A stretch of DNA of 63,901 bases, the filler included, from Choristocarpus tenellus KU-1152 (lineage: Eukaryota; Protista; Phaeophyceae), in assembly GCA_964200185.2 (NCBI GenBank). It is 11 parts of 11 records of this genome, joined end to end, with 100 filler letters (N's around TTAATTAATTAA, not from the genome) between each part and the next. Parts side by side here need not be neighbours in the genome. Positions count along the whole stretch, not along the records: positions 61,280 to 63,901 come from CAXNAD020026195.1; 10 more parts are not named here. One strand, written 5' to 3'. Below the pieces are notes generated by a model. It ran no database searches and was not told where the DNA came from. It saw only the letters and a program-made list of their open reading frames with translations. The translations under genes were made by a program, and so were the position numbers. Numbering within the stretch: position 1 is the first letter of the stretch; each line of letters begins with the position of its first letter. Below, piece after piece: positions 63,853 through 63,901 of this stretch.

Positions 63853-63901
63853 GGTTCAAAGTATCTGGGGGGGGGGCGTTGTGAGGGGGCGTCCGTTTTA
63901 G
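63853..63901 (+). mobile_element. MITE family A-like terminus cut by window end
   Basis: GGTTCAAAGTATCT + G-tract. Confidence 0.65.

Overview
Eukaryotic nuclear DNA, not prokaryotic. The window is 11 unrelated short contigs joined by ten identical artificial 100-bp spacers (N44-TTAATTAATTAA-N44), so adjacency across spacers has no biological meaning. Most of the supplied ORF track is noise because the real genes are spliced. I could reconstruct in-phase exon chains for five partial genes: a kinesin-2-like stalk/tail, a SAP-domain acidic protein, an inner-arm axonemal dynein heavy chain C-terminus, an HspBP1/Fes1 Hsp70 nucleotide exchange factor, and a proline dehydrogenase. There is also an EsV-1-7 repeat gene. 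The flagellar genes, EsV-1-7 repeats, TTAGGG repeats and kb-sized introns point to a brown alga or close ochrophyte relative (inference). The rest is decayed LINE, Ty3/gypsy and Ty1/copia sequence, LTR-like elements, minisatellites, and about 26 copies or fragments of three related MITE families with 3-bp TSDs. I found no CRISPR array, rRNA or tRNA. The best leads are: (1) a Tyr-to-Cys change at the PRODH substrate-specificity position, suggesting hydroxyproline activity; (2) a MITE copy with telomeric repeats written into it at three sites and in both orientations; (3) the MITE group itself and its CpG-decay signature. I did not find a clear multi-gene novel system.
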